Assembly (NCBI GenBank): GCA_964524185.1
Contig: CAZGCI010000010.1
Span: 520-64,519, forward strand
Direction: 5' to 3'
Length of the DNA stretch: 64,000 bases
Source: an uncultured Thiohalocapsa sp.
Lineage (GTDB): Bacteria > Pseudomonadota > Gammaproteobacteria > Chromatiales > Chromatiaceae
Position numbers and translations under genes: made by a program. The notes under the pieces were generated by a model. That model was not told where the DNA came from. It was given only the letters and a program-made list of their open reading frames with translations, and did not search any database. Each line of letters starts with the position of its first letter. Positions within the stretch are counted from its first letter, which is position 1. Positions 30,575 through 39,157 of the stretch are shown here, one piece after another.

Positions 30575-31836
30575 TAGACGAACGGGCAATTGTCGTCTCA
30601 GATCTCTCCAAGCGTTTCGATCTGTATCGTCAGCCCGCAGACATGCTTTGGGAAGTGTTGCTTCGTCAGCAGCGCCATCAGGAATATTGCGCATTGTTAG
30701 ATATAAGCTTCGACGTGGGACACGGCGAAGTTGTTGGCATCATCGGCCGGAATGGCGCAGGCAAGAGTACCTTACTCAAAATCTTGACGGGAACACTGGA
30801 GCCAACCGCAGGTCGTGTTGCGATCGAGGGCAAGGTTTCCGCGATTTTGGAACTTGGCACGGGCTTTCATCCAGAGTATTCCGGGCGCGACAATATTCTC
30901 ATGGGTGGCCTTTGCCTTGGCATGACTAAGGACGAAATGAGAAGAAAGTTAGATTGGGTAGTCGGCTTCAGCGAGCTCGGATCCGTGATCGACCGGCCGT
31001 TCAAGACCTACTCCACTGGTATGCAGGCGCGGCTCGCTTTCAGCACCGCCGTTAGTGTCGAACCGGACATCTTGATCGTCGACGAAGCCTTGTCGGTTGG
31101 CGATGCGAAGTTTCAGCGGAAGTGCTATCAGCACATGGAGGATCTTCGTCTCCAAGGGCGTACGATCTTGTTCGTTTCGCACGATCCTCGGCCGATCACG
31201 GGATTTTGTGATCGTGCTCTATTACTCGACCAGGGGCGGCTCATCGCTGACGGCGATCCCCGGGCTGTCATGAACCGTTATAACAAGATGCTTTTCGACG
31301 AAGAAGCGGTCGTGCGAGGCCCGGTGTCGGAGCCCAGCCGGGTCGAGCGGAAAGGTAGCCTCGGCCTTGGCGGTACTTTCACACCGTCAAGTAGCGAGGT
31401 GCGCGCAGGGGATAGGAGCGCCGAGATCTTTGACGTCGCATTGGTCGACAGCAGGGGGCAACGTGCGGTGACTCTCGCGACGGGAGAACCTTGCCGAGTC
31501 GTCTACTGGGTCAGGGTGCAGGAGGCTATCGACAGCATTGGCTTCGGATTCCGCTTTACCACAGTGCAGGGCACTGACGTCTACGGCACGAGTACCAGCT
31601 TGCAGCAAATTCCCATTCCCACAACAGTTCCTGGACACGTTTATCAAGTCAGCTTTGATTTGAGAATGTGGCTTGCGCCTGGACGTTATTTCCTCACCGT
31701 GGGGGCTGCACGCAACTCCCTGGAAATGTACGACCGACGCGCCGACGTCCTGGACTTCGAGGTCACCGGAGACTTCAACGGGTACACCTCTTCGCTAGTG
31801 AATCTTAACGCGTCTGCCGCAGTTGAATTGCAGTGA
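30571..31836 (+). CDS. wzt: Polysaccharide export ABC ATPase with a C-terminal carbohydrate-binding (Wzt_C-like) domain
   Basis: GTG start overlapping the wzm stop. Walker A GRNGAGKST, signature YSTGMQARL, Walker B ILIVDEAL. An extra ~160-aa beta-rich C-terminus. Confidence 0.88.
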   Translation: MIDERAIVVSDLSKRFDLYRQPADMLWEVLLRQQRHQEYCALLDISFDVGHGEVVGIIGRNGAGKSTLLKILTGTLEPTAGRVAIEGKVSAILELGTGFHPEYSGRDNILMGGLCLGMTKDEMRRKLDWVVGFSELGSVIDRPFKTYSTGMQARLAFSTAVSVEPDILIVDEALSVGDAKFQRKCYQHMEDLRLQGRTILFVSHDPRPITGFCDRALLLDQGRLIADGDPRAVMNRYNKMLFDEEAVVRGPVSEPSRVERKGSLGLGGTFTPSSSEVRAGDRSAEIFDVALVDSRGQRAVTLATGEPCRVVYWVRVQEAIDSIGFGFRFTTVQGTDVYGTSTSLQQIPIPTTVPGHVYQVSFDLRMWLAPGRYFLTVGAARNSLEMYDRRADVLDFEVTGDFNGYTSSLVNLNASAAVELQ

Positions 31837-31873
31837 TAGACGTCGTCTCCAGACACCTCCACGTTAAAGACAG

Positions 31874-32944
31874 ATGAGTTCTGCACCCCTACAGTCGCCG
31901 ATCATGGTCATTGGCGCCGGACGATCGGGCTCGACTCTGATCTCCCGCATGCTCGACGCACACAGCGCCATTGACTTTAAAGGTGAGACTAGCTTTTTGT
32001 TGCTACGTCTCTGGGTGGAGGTGTGGCACGATCGATTCTGGCTTAATTGGCCTCGCCATGTCGCTGCACGACCGCACTCTGCAGCCGCGCCTGTGCCACA
32101 CATGCCTCCCAACGAGCTAGCGACGGAACGAGCCCGTGTCGGTAAGCTCGTCGCAGAAATGATAGTCCGTTTGTTGCGCGTGCAACGTGAGGACCGTCGC
32201 TTCTGGGGTTATAAAGAGCTCTGGAGCGGCTTGTCGCAATACAACCACGACTGGAGCGCGTACGATGCAGTTTTGCCCGGCGCCCATTGGCTGCATCTCG
32301 TTCGGCATCCGTTTGACTTTGCCCGCTCCTGTGCCGCTTGGAATGGCACACTGCTGACCCGCGACTATTTGGAAGCGAGGCTTTCCAACTGGGTCGACAT
32401 GGTCGAATGCAACCGCCGACGCATTGACACGGGGCGTTACCATGAAATTCGCATGGAAGATGTTGCTCGCAAACCAGAAGAAACGTTAGATCCCATACTG
32501 AGTGAGCTAGGACTTGGTTGGGAGTCCGCAATGACCACGGCTCTGGGCAAGAAGACAATGGCTTCGGATCAACACACGGATGACGAGACAGCGTCGCTAT
32601 CCTCGAATGAGATCAACATGTTGATTGACCAAATCCCGGGGTTGGCCGAAGCTATGAACTTATATTGCTACACTGCACCGCAGCGGGTGCTACTGAGCGC
32701 TCAGACTCGAGCGGAATCGTCGGTCGACCTTCGTGACCCGGAGAATGAGCAGAAGGGCGCGTTTTTACCACGTCACGTCCTGGAAGCGCAGCTGCACACC
32801 GCCCGCTCTGCCCTATCGGAGCTGACCGGGATGGCCTCCCAGGGCGGGTTTGGTCCGCACAAATCCATTAAAGTTGAGCCAGCCGAGGCATTCCAACGGG
32901 TTCGCTCGGTGTTGGCGAAACTCACCGAGGCCCTCAAGCAATGA
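31874..32944 (+). CDS. Sulfotransferase family protein
   Basis: N-terminal PAPS 5'-phosphosulfate-binding loop IMVIGAGRSGSTLISRML. A later RHPFDFARS region. Confidence 0.72.
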   Translation: MSSAPLQSPIMVIGAGRSGSTLISRMLDAHSAIDFKGETSFLLLRLWVEVWHDRFWLNWPRHVAARPHSAAAPVPHMPPNELATERARVGKLVAEMIVRLLRVQREDRRFWGYKELWSGLSQYNHDWSAYDAVLPGAHWLHLVRHPFDFARSCAAWNGTLLTRDYLEARLSNWVDMVECNRRRIDTGRYHEIRMEDVARKPEETLDPILSELGLGWESAMTTALGKKTMASDQHTDDETASLSSNEINMLIDQIPGLAEAMNLYCYTAPQRVLLSAQTRAESSVDLRDPENEQKGAFLPRHVLEAQLHTARSALSELTGMASQGGFGPHKSIKVEPAEAFQRVRSVLAKLTEALKQ

Positions 32945-32990
32945 TGCTTCGGCGGCTATTGATTCCCGAACGCAGCAAACCGACAACCCC

Positions 32991-34838
32991 ATGTGCGGAA
33001 TAGCAGGCATCGTCTGCCAGTCACGGATTTTCGATTCTGACCAGCTCAAGCGCATCGTCACCGATATGCGCGACCAGATGGTGCATCGGGGGCCGGATGA
33101 CGCCGGCGTCTGGGTAGACCCGGACGGCGGCTGTGCGCTCGCACACCGCCGACTGTCGATCATCGACCTATCGGCCGAGGGGCGCCAGCCGATGGGCAAT
33201 GAGGACGGTTCAGTCCAGGTCACCTTCAACGGCGAAATCTATAACTTTCAGGCCCTGCGCGACGAGTTGATCCGCAAGGGGCATCGGCTGCATTCGCAGA
33301 CCGACTCTGAGGTACTACCGCATCTGTTCGAGGCAATGGACCCGGCGCGCCTTCATGACCTCGACGGCATGTTCGGTCTTGGAATCTGGCACCGGGAGCG
33401 CCGCCGCCTGCTGCTTGCGCGCGATCCGTTCGGTAAGAAACCGCTCTACTTCGCAAAAGGACGGGGCTGGTTCGCGTTTGCGTCCGAGCTGCAGGCACTT
33501 ACGCGCGTCCCGGGGTTCGACCCGGCGATCGACCGCGACGCGCTGTCTCTGTACCTGCTGCTCCAATATGTGCCGGCGCCGTTCAGCATCTATAGCGCCG
33601 CCAGGAAGCTAACGCCGGGGTCCTATCTGGAGCTCGATCTCGCCGACGGGCAAGCCGTTGAGGGGACTCCGAGACGTTGGTTTCAGTTCGAAGCCGTCGA
33701 GCCGCCGTCGCTGGGCGGACCATCGCTCGACGAGCGCATCGAGGAACTGCGACCGCTTATCCTGTCGGCAGTCCGGAAGCGTCTGATCAGTGACGTGCCG
33801 CTCGGGGCTTTCCTGTCCGGCGGAGTCGACTCTGGACTCGTCGCGGCAATGGTGACGCAAGAGCTCGGCGAACCGCTGAAGACCTTTTCCATCGGCTTCG
33901 CTGGGACCAATGAGAGTGAGCACCAGTATGCGCGTGAGGTCGCCCACCACCTCGGCACGGAGCATCATGAGGACCTGCTGCAGCCGGACGCACTGCAGCT
34001 CGTGCATGAGATCGCCGGTCGGCTCGATGAGCCAAATGGAGATTCGAGTTGTCTGCCCACCTACCTACTCTGCCGCTACACCCGCGAACATGTGACCGTA
34101 GCGCTGTCCGGGGACGGCGGCGACGAGCTGTTCGGCGGCTACGGGCGTTACCGAGACACGCTCAACGAGTACGGCAGCCGGCTCGACCGGCTCAAGCGCA
34201 TGTTCCGCAGCCGGCGCCCTTACCAACCTGCGGACGGTTATCTGTCACCGCGCTGGCTAATGTTCCAGCCCGAGCAGGTGGATACTCTGGTCGGCGGTTT
34301 GTCGCCGACGGTGCGAAACATCCTCCATGACTGGCGCGAGCGCCTCAATGACCAGCGCAAGCCCCTGTTGCACCGGATGCGGAATTTGGACGCCGAAACT
34401 TATATGCCCGGCGCCGTGCTGGCCAAAGTCGACCGAATGAGCATGCAAGTGGCGCTTGAGGTGCGGTGTCCGTTGCTCGATCGGCACGTGGCCGCCTATG
34501 CGCAGGGCCTCCCCGCCTCCGCCTGCTGGCGACCGCCGGCCGAAACCAAACGACTGCTGAAGGCATTGACCGCTCGCTACCTGCCGCGCAACTGGATCGA
34601 CCGCCCCAAGATGGGTTTTGGGCTCCCGTCCAACGCCTGGTCCAAGGACGCAATGCTCACGCTGGCTCGCGAATTGCTAACCGGTACGGATAGCCGACTC
34701 GGTCAGCTGCTTGTACCAGGAAGCCTGAGCGCCGTGATCGAGAAGCAGGCGCAGCCCGGCTGCTTCTCGATCTACCAGCTTTGGCCGCTTCTCATCATGG
34801 AGCTTTGGCTGCGTAAGATCGCAGATCACCACCTATGA
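32991..34838 (+). CDS. asnB: Asparagine synthase (glutamine-hydrolysing) family amidotransferase, second copy
   Basis: ATG 32991 gives MCGIAGI. SGGVDSG PP-loop. The longer ORF start at 32850 overlaps the sulfotransferase gene and is rejected. Confidence 0.9.
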   Translation: MCGIAGIVCQSRIFDSDQLKRIVTDMRDQMVHRGPDDAGVWVDPDGGCALAHRRLSIIDLSAEGRQPMGNEDGSVQVTFNGEIYNFQALRDELIRKGHRLHSQTDSEVLPHLFEAMDPARLHDLDGMFGLGIWHRERRRLLLARDPFGKKPLYFAKGRGWFAFASELQALTRVPGFDPAIDRDALSLYLLLQYVPAPFSIYSAARKLTPGSYLELDLADGQAVEGTPRRWFQFEAVEPPSLGGPSLDERIEELRPLILSAVRKRLISDVPLGAFLSGGVDSGLVAAMVTQELGEPLKTFSIGFAGTNESEHQYAREVAHHLGTEHHEDLLQPDALQLVHEIAGRLDEPNGDSSCLPTYLLCRYTREHVTVALSGDGGDELFGGYGRYRDTLNEYGSRLDRLKRMFRSRRPYQPADGYLSPRWLMFQPEQVDTLVGGLSPTVRNILHDWRERLNDQRKPLLHRMRNLDAETYMPGAVLAKVDRMSMQVALEVRCPLLDRHVAAYAQGLPASACWRPPAETKRLLKALTARYLPRNWIDRPKMGFGLPSNAWSKDAMLTLARELLTGTDSRLGQLLVPGSLSAVIEKQAQPGCFSIYQLWPLLIMELWLRKIADHHL

Positions 34839-35021
34839 TTAGGCCGGTACGCTTGCGGATCGGCTGCTCCGAGATTCCAGAAGGCGCGCCTGCTCATCCC
34901 ATCGGTCTCTCATATTCATTGTAAGTGGGACTGCCGGCCCTGCGGAAAACAGCGCCGCAAGTCGTCCTACGGGGTCTTCTGCTCCCTCAGTGGTGTTGTG
35001 GAGCGGAATCCTCTCGCCTTA

Positions 35022-36647
35022 ATGACCCGACCCAGACTGATCATCACAGCGGCGGCCCTTGCATTAGCCGCGTTCGTCGGCCTCGCCTGGCACAGCCTCG
35101 CCTATTGGCACTGGGGCGATGAGGACGAGAAAATCGTCGCTGCCTGGATGATCGCGGAGGGTTGGCGGCTCTACGGCGATCTGTTCGCCCACCATGGTCC
35201 GCTGAACTATGCGCTGGCGCACGGGGTGTACACGCTGACCGGGTCGGTTGCGCTGGCGCCCTATCGTGCCGCCCAGTGGGGCATTCTGTTGTTGACGGCG
35301 GTCGCGCTGGGCGCGAGCCCGCTGCTACGCGGTTGGCAGCAGCGGGTGCTAACGGGGAGTCTCTTTTGCCTGCTCGTGGCGCTGCTGGCGCCCCTTTGGT
35401 ACGGGCATACGTTGCTCTATCACGCGCAGGGCGGCGCGGCGGTGTCTGTCGCGCTGAGTCTACTGCTATTGCCCTTGATGTTGGGGGTTATCCCGTCGCG
35501 CATCGCGGCGGCATTCGGTGGTGCGGGGCTTTCAGCGGCGGTCTTTGCGGCCTATCCGTTTGGCGTCGCTGCGGGCTTGTTGACCTTGTCGACCCTGATG
35601 TTGGTGCGCGCCGGTGGCCGACATTGGCGCGACGTGCTCGGCACGCTGGTGGCTGCTGCGGCGGGCTTCGCTGCCTTCACGCTGCTGATGCTGCTGTGGC
35701 TGGTGCTGTACGGCGACCTCGTGGGATACGGCGTCTACCACCTCTGGTTCAACCAGGTCGTTTACGCCGACTTCATCATCTACTCGCCCGTTGACGCGCT
35801 CAAGCAGCTAAAAAAGCTGTTCCGCAGTCCGCTCGGCTGGGTGCTGCAGGCAGCGCTGCTGTTTACCCTTCTGCTCGGCCTCGAAGTCCGCTCACTACGC
35901 CGCAAAGACCCGCCAGCAGGTAGCGGCCTGCGACGCGGCCTTTGGCTCGTGGGCGGTTGCACGACATTCCTCCTGGGCCTGTTGTTCCTCAACCCCCGCG
36001 GCGACGTGGTATTCAAGAACGCGGCCCTGTGGATCGTCGGGCTTGGGCTCTTGAGCCTGCTCATCGTGTGGCGCCCGATGGGTCCCAGCAGCCGGCGCGC
36101 CGTCGGCGTCCTGCGGTGGCTGGCGATCTTCGTGGCCGTGGCGGCCCCGCTCTACCTGGCTGGGATCAAGGGCTGGGCGGATGTCGACCAGACCTACGTC
36201 ACGCGCACCGCTGCTGTGCAGATGCGCGAGGCGCTGGACCGGCAGGTGCGCTTGGCGCAGGCCCTGACGTCACCGGACGAGCCCATTCTGGCCACGGTCT
36301 TCATGCCACGCTGGTACCTGCTGACGGAGCGTCTGCCGTCCTCCGGCGCGTACTACTATCTGCCCTGGCAGGCCGCCTACAACCGCGACCCGGTGCTCGG
36401 CTACCGCATTGACCCCTGCGTGGATCTCGCTATGGCACCGCCGAAGCTCATCGCCTGGGACCGCTGGACGGTCTGGGAACGCTACGACGTCGCCGACTAT
36501 GCGCCCTGCTTGGTGGAACTCATGCAGCGGGACTATGTCGCGGTGAGCGGCACACCCTTTCTGCTGCGGCAACCGGTGAGCGACGCGGACCGGGCCGTTG
36601 TCGCTGACTTCGGCTACCGGCTCGAGCCCGTGACAGCAGCCGATTGA
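35022..36647 (+). CDS. Large polytopic membrane protein, GT-C-like or polymerase-like (unassigned)
   Basis: About 12 hydrophobic segments followed by a soluble ~150-aa C-terminal domain. ATG 35022 (GTG 34998 is an alternative). Convergent with the flavoenzyme/flippase-like/GT2 operon. Confidence 0.6.
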   Translation: MTRPRLIITAAALALAAFVGLAWHSLAYWHWGDEDEKIVAAWMIAEGWRLYGDLFAHHGPLNYALAHGVYTLTGSVALAPYRAAQWGILLLTAVALGASPLLRGWQQRVLTGSLFCLLVALLAPLWYGHTLLYHAQGGAAVSVALSLLLLPLMLGVIPSRIAAAFGGAGLSAAVFAAYPFGVAAGLLTLSTLMLVRAGGRHWRDVLGTLVAAAAGFAAFTLLMLLWLVLYGDLVGYGVYHLWFNQVVYADFIIYSPVDALKQLKKLFRSPLGWVLQAALLFTLLLGLEVRSLRRKDPPAGSGLRRGLWLVGGCTTFLLGLLFLNPRGDVVFKNAALWIVGLGLLSLLIVWRPMGPSSRRAVGVLRWLAIFVAVAAPLYLAGIKGWADVDQTYVTRTAAVQMREALDRQVRLAQALTSPDEPILATVFMPRWYLLTERLPSSGAYYYLPWQAAYNRDPVLGYRIDPCVDLAMAPPKLIAWDRWTVWERYDVADYAPCLVELMQRDYVAVSGTPFLLRQPVSDADRAVVADFGYRLEPVTAAD

Positions 36648-36656
36648 GCCGCCCGG

Positions 36657-38027
36657 TCAGACCACCGCCGCCCCATGCCGCCCGACCGCCGCTGTCGGCG
36701 CCTGTAGCTCCGCCGCCAATGCCGCCGCCGCGGCACGCCCCTCGCGAATCGCGTAGTTGGTGCCGCGGTCTTCCGGGTAGATCTGCGCCATGGTGGCGAG
36801 CTTGAGGCCGCGGATGGGCGTGTCCCGTGGCGGGACGAGACCGGCGTAGCCGCGCTCGACGATGGGCTGCGAGTAGCGCGCCCGCCAGACATGTGCGGCT
36901 TGGACCCAGTCCGGCCGCAGATCCGGAAACATCCGCGCGAGGTGCCCGAGCGTGAAGTCCACCACCGCGGCGTCGTCCATGCGGTACAGCGCGTCGTCCT
37001 CGGGCAGGTATTTGGACAGGTAGACGATGTGCCGCCCGCCGTAGCTGTCCACGGGCTCGAAGTTGGTGTGCTCGATGACGCCCACAAACGGGAAGCCCGG
37101 GTCGTTGACATTGAGCCAATAGGTCTCGGAGAGGCTGCGGTCCAGCTCCAGCACCACGCACAGATTCGCGAGGTAGCGGATGCGGCGCAGCGCGGTCAGC
37201 GCCTCCGCACTCAGATGCGGCGCGAGCAGGTCCGCGACGAGGGGCAGCGCCGGCGTCGCGATGATGGCGTCCACGGCCACCCGCCCGGCGTCGGTGACCA
37301 GCGCGGTGGCCCGCCCCTGCGTGACCTCAATACCGCGCACCGCTGCGGCAGTCTGCACCACACCGCCCTGCACCGCAATGGCCGCCGCCAGGCGTTCGGC
37401 GAGCGCGGCAAAACCGCCGCGGAAATACGCCAGCTGCTCCGCGCCGCCCTTGCCGCGGCTGCCGCCGCGCAACTTGAGCTTGTTCCAGATCCACACGGCG
37501 GAGACTTCGTCGGCAACGGCGCCGAACTTGCCTCGCAGCAGCGGTTCCCAGACGACCCGATACACGCGCTCGCCGCCCAGCTGCAGCAGCCAGTCGGCGG
37601 CGGTGCGCTGCTCCAGCGTCTGCCAGTCGCGGACCCGTCTGGCGCGCAGCGCGAGCAGCCCGAGGCGGATGCGATCGGCCAAGGGCAGGGCGGAGAAACG
37701 CAGCAGATCCAGCGGCGTGGAAAGCTTGAAGAAGCGGTTGGCGTAGTACATACCCGTGCGGGTCGGGCGCAGTCGCACCTGGTCGGCGGCGCCAAGCGCC
37801 TCGATCAGGTCCATCACGTGCCGGTCGTTGGTGAACCAGTGGTGATAGAACTTCTCCAGCCGCTCGCCGCCCACCTGGAAGCTGCCGGCGAGCCCGCCCA
37901 CCTCCGCGGCCGCCTCGAAGACGGTGGCGCGCACACCGCGGCGGCCCAGCTCGTAGGCGGCAGCAAGCCCGCAGAAGCCGCCGCCGATGATGCCAACATG
38001 CGGTCCGTTTGCAGTGCCTGGGTTCAT
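36657..38027 (-). CDS. NAD(P)/FAD-dependent oxidoreductase (amine-oxidase/phytoene-desaturase fold)
   Basis: VGIIGGGFCGLAAAYEL ... FEAAAEVGGL dinucleotide fold. C-terminal YPEDRGTNYAIREG. Confidence 0.85.
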   Translation of the reverse strand: MNPGTANGPHVGIIGGGFCGLAAAYELGRRGVRATVFEAAAEVGGLAGSFQVGGERLEKFYHHWFTNDRHVMDLIEALGAADQVRLRPTRTGMYYANRFFKLSTPLDLLRFSALPLADRIRLGLLALRARRVRDWQTLEQRTAADWLLQLGGERVYRVVWEPLLRGKFGAVADEVSAVWIWNKLKLRGGSRGKGGAEQLAYFRGGFAALAERLAAAIAVQGGVVQTAAAVRGIEVTQGRATALVTDAGRVAVDAIIATPALPLVADLLAPHLSAEALTALRRIRYLANLCVVLELDRSLSETYWLNVNDPGFPFVGVIEHTNFEPVDSYGGRHIVYLSKYLPEDDALYRMDDAAVVDFTLGHLARMFPDLRPDWVQAAHVWRARYSQPIVERGYAGLVPPRDTPIRGLKLATMAQIYPEDRGTNYAIREGRAAAAALAAELQAPTAAVGRHGAAVV

Positions 38028-38101
38028 CGCGTGCTCATCGGATGTTCATCGGTTGCTTAACGGGTCCTCGGGTGGGCCCTCGGGCGGCTGCTCAGGGGCG
38101 C

Positions 38102-39157
38102 TCAGGGGCTGACCCGTTGTGCCGATCGCTCGGCGGCGTGTGCCGCGGCGGCGCCGGCCAGCAGCCCGCGCCCGCGCAGCAGCAGATAGCCCAGGCCGAG
38201 CACCGTCATGGGCAGCCACAGCACCGCGTGCACGGTAAAGGCGACGGCCGCTGCCATGGTCTCTGGCACGCCGTAGGCGGCAAAGGCGGTGAGGGTGAAG
38301 TAATCGAAGGTGCCGATGTAGCCGGGCGAGCTCGGGATCAGCGTCGACAGCGTGCCAGTGGCCATGGCAAACAGGGCGCCGAGCGGACCGATGGACACCG
38401 CGAAGGCGAGCGCGACGACACCGAAGACCGCCGCTTCCAGCAGCCAGATGGCCAGCGACAGACCCAGCAGCACAAGCACGTCCACCGGGCGGCGCAGCAC
38501 CGCGAAGGTCTCGACGAAACTCTGCCCCCAACGCCCGAGGCGCTCCGACCAACCGCGCGCCGCAACGGCTGGCTGCTGCGCGACCCGGTGCACCAGCGCC
38601 GGCAGCCGCGGCGCCAGCAACAGCAGCGCCGCCGAGGTCAGCGCCGTGGTGCCGGCCAGCCCTGCCGCAGACAGGGTGATGGCGCGTGGAAACAGGTCCG
38701 TTGGCACCGCCAGCAGGCCCACAAAGAAGAGTCCAAGCAGCGTCGTCATGTCCAACAGGCGCTCCAGCACCAGGGTGCCGAGGACGCGCATGGCCGGCGA
38801 GCGCAACTGGCGCCGAAAGCCAAAGGCGCGCAGCGCATCGCCGGCGCGCAGCGGCAGGACGTTGTTGACGGCAATGCTCGTCAGGTACGGCCACACGCAG
38901 GCCGCCGCCGGCAGCCCCGGCGCCAACGCCCGCAATAGCCACCACCAGCGCAGGATGCGCAGGGCATAGTCGGCGGCGAGCAGGCTCAGCGCCGCGAGGA
39001 GCCAAGGCAACGCCAAGCCGGTGAAGGCGGCGGCGAGCGCAGCGGCGTCCACCCGCGCGGCGATGAGCCACAAGAAGCCTGCGGTTACGATCAGCCCGAG
39101 CACGGGCTTGAGCCAGCGGCCCTGGGCGGCAATGCCCCCTGCGCGCGGCGCGGTCAT
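38102..39157 (-). CDS. Polytopic membrane protein, lysyl-PG-synthase-TM/UPF0104 (flippase-like) family
   Basis: ATG 39155-39157 forms an ATGA overlap with the stop of the upstream GT2 gene. NNVLPLRAGDALRA motif matches that of 15417..16442. The longer ORF reaching 39781 is an out-of-frame artefact. Confidence 0.78.
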   Translation of the reverse strand: MTAPRAGGIAAQGRWLKPVLGLIVTAGFLWLIAARVDAAALAAAFTGLALPWLLAALSLLAADYALRILRWWWLLRALAPGLPAAACVWPYLTSIAVNNVLPLRAGDALRAFGFRRQLRSPAMRVLGTLVLERLLDMTTLLGLFFVGLLAVPTDLFPRAITLSAAGLAGTTALTSAALLLLAPRLPALVHRVAQQPAVAARGWSERLGRWGQSFVETFAVLRRPVDVLVLLGLSLAIWLLEAAVFGVVALAFAVSIGPLGALFAMATGTLSTLIPSSPGYIGTFDYFTLTAFAAYGVPETMAAAVAFTVHAVLWLPMTVLGLGYLLLRGRGLLAGAAAAHAAERSAQRVSP

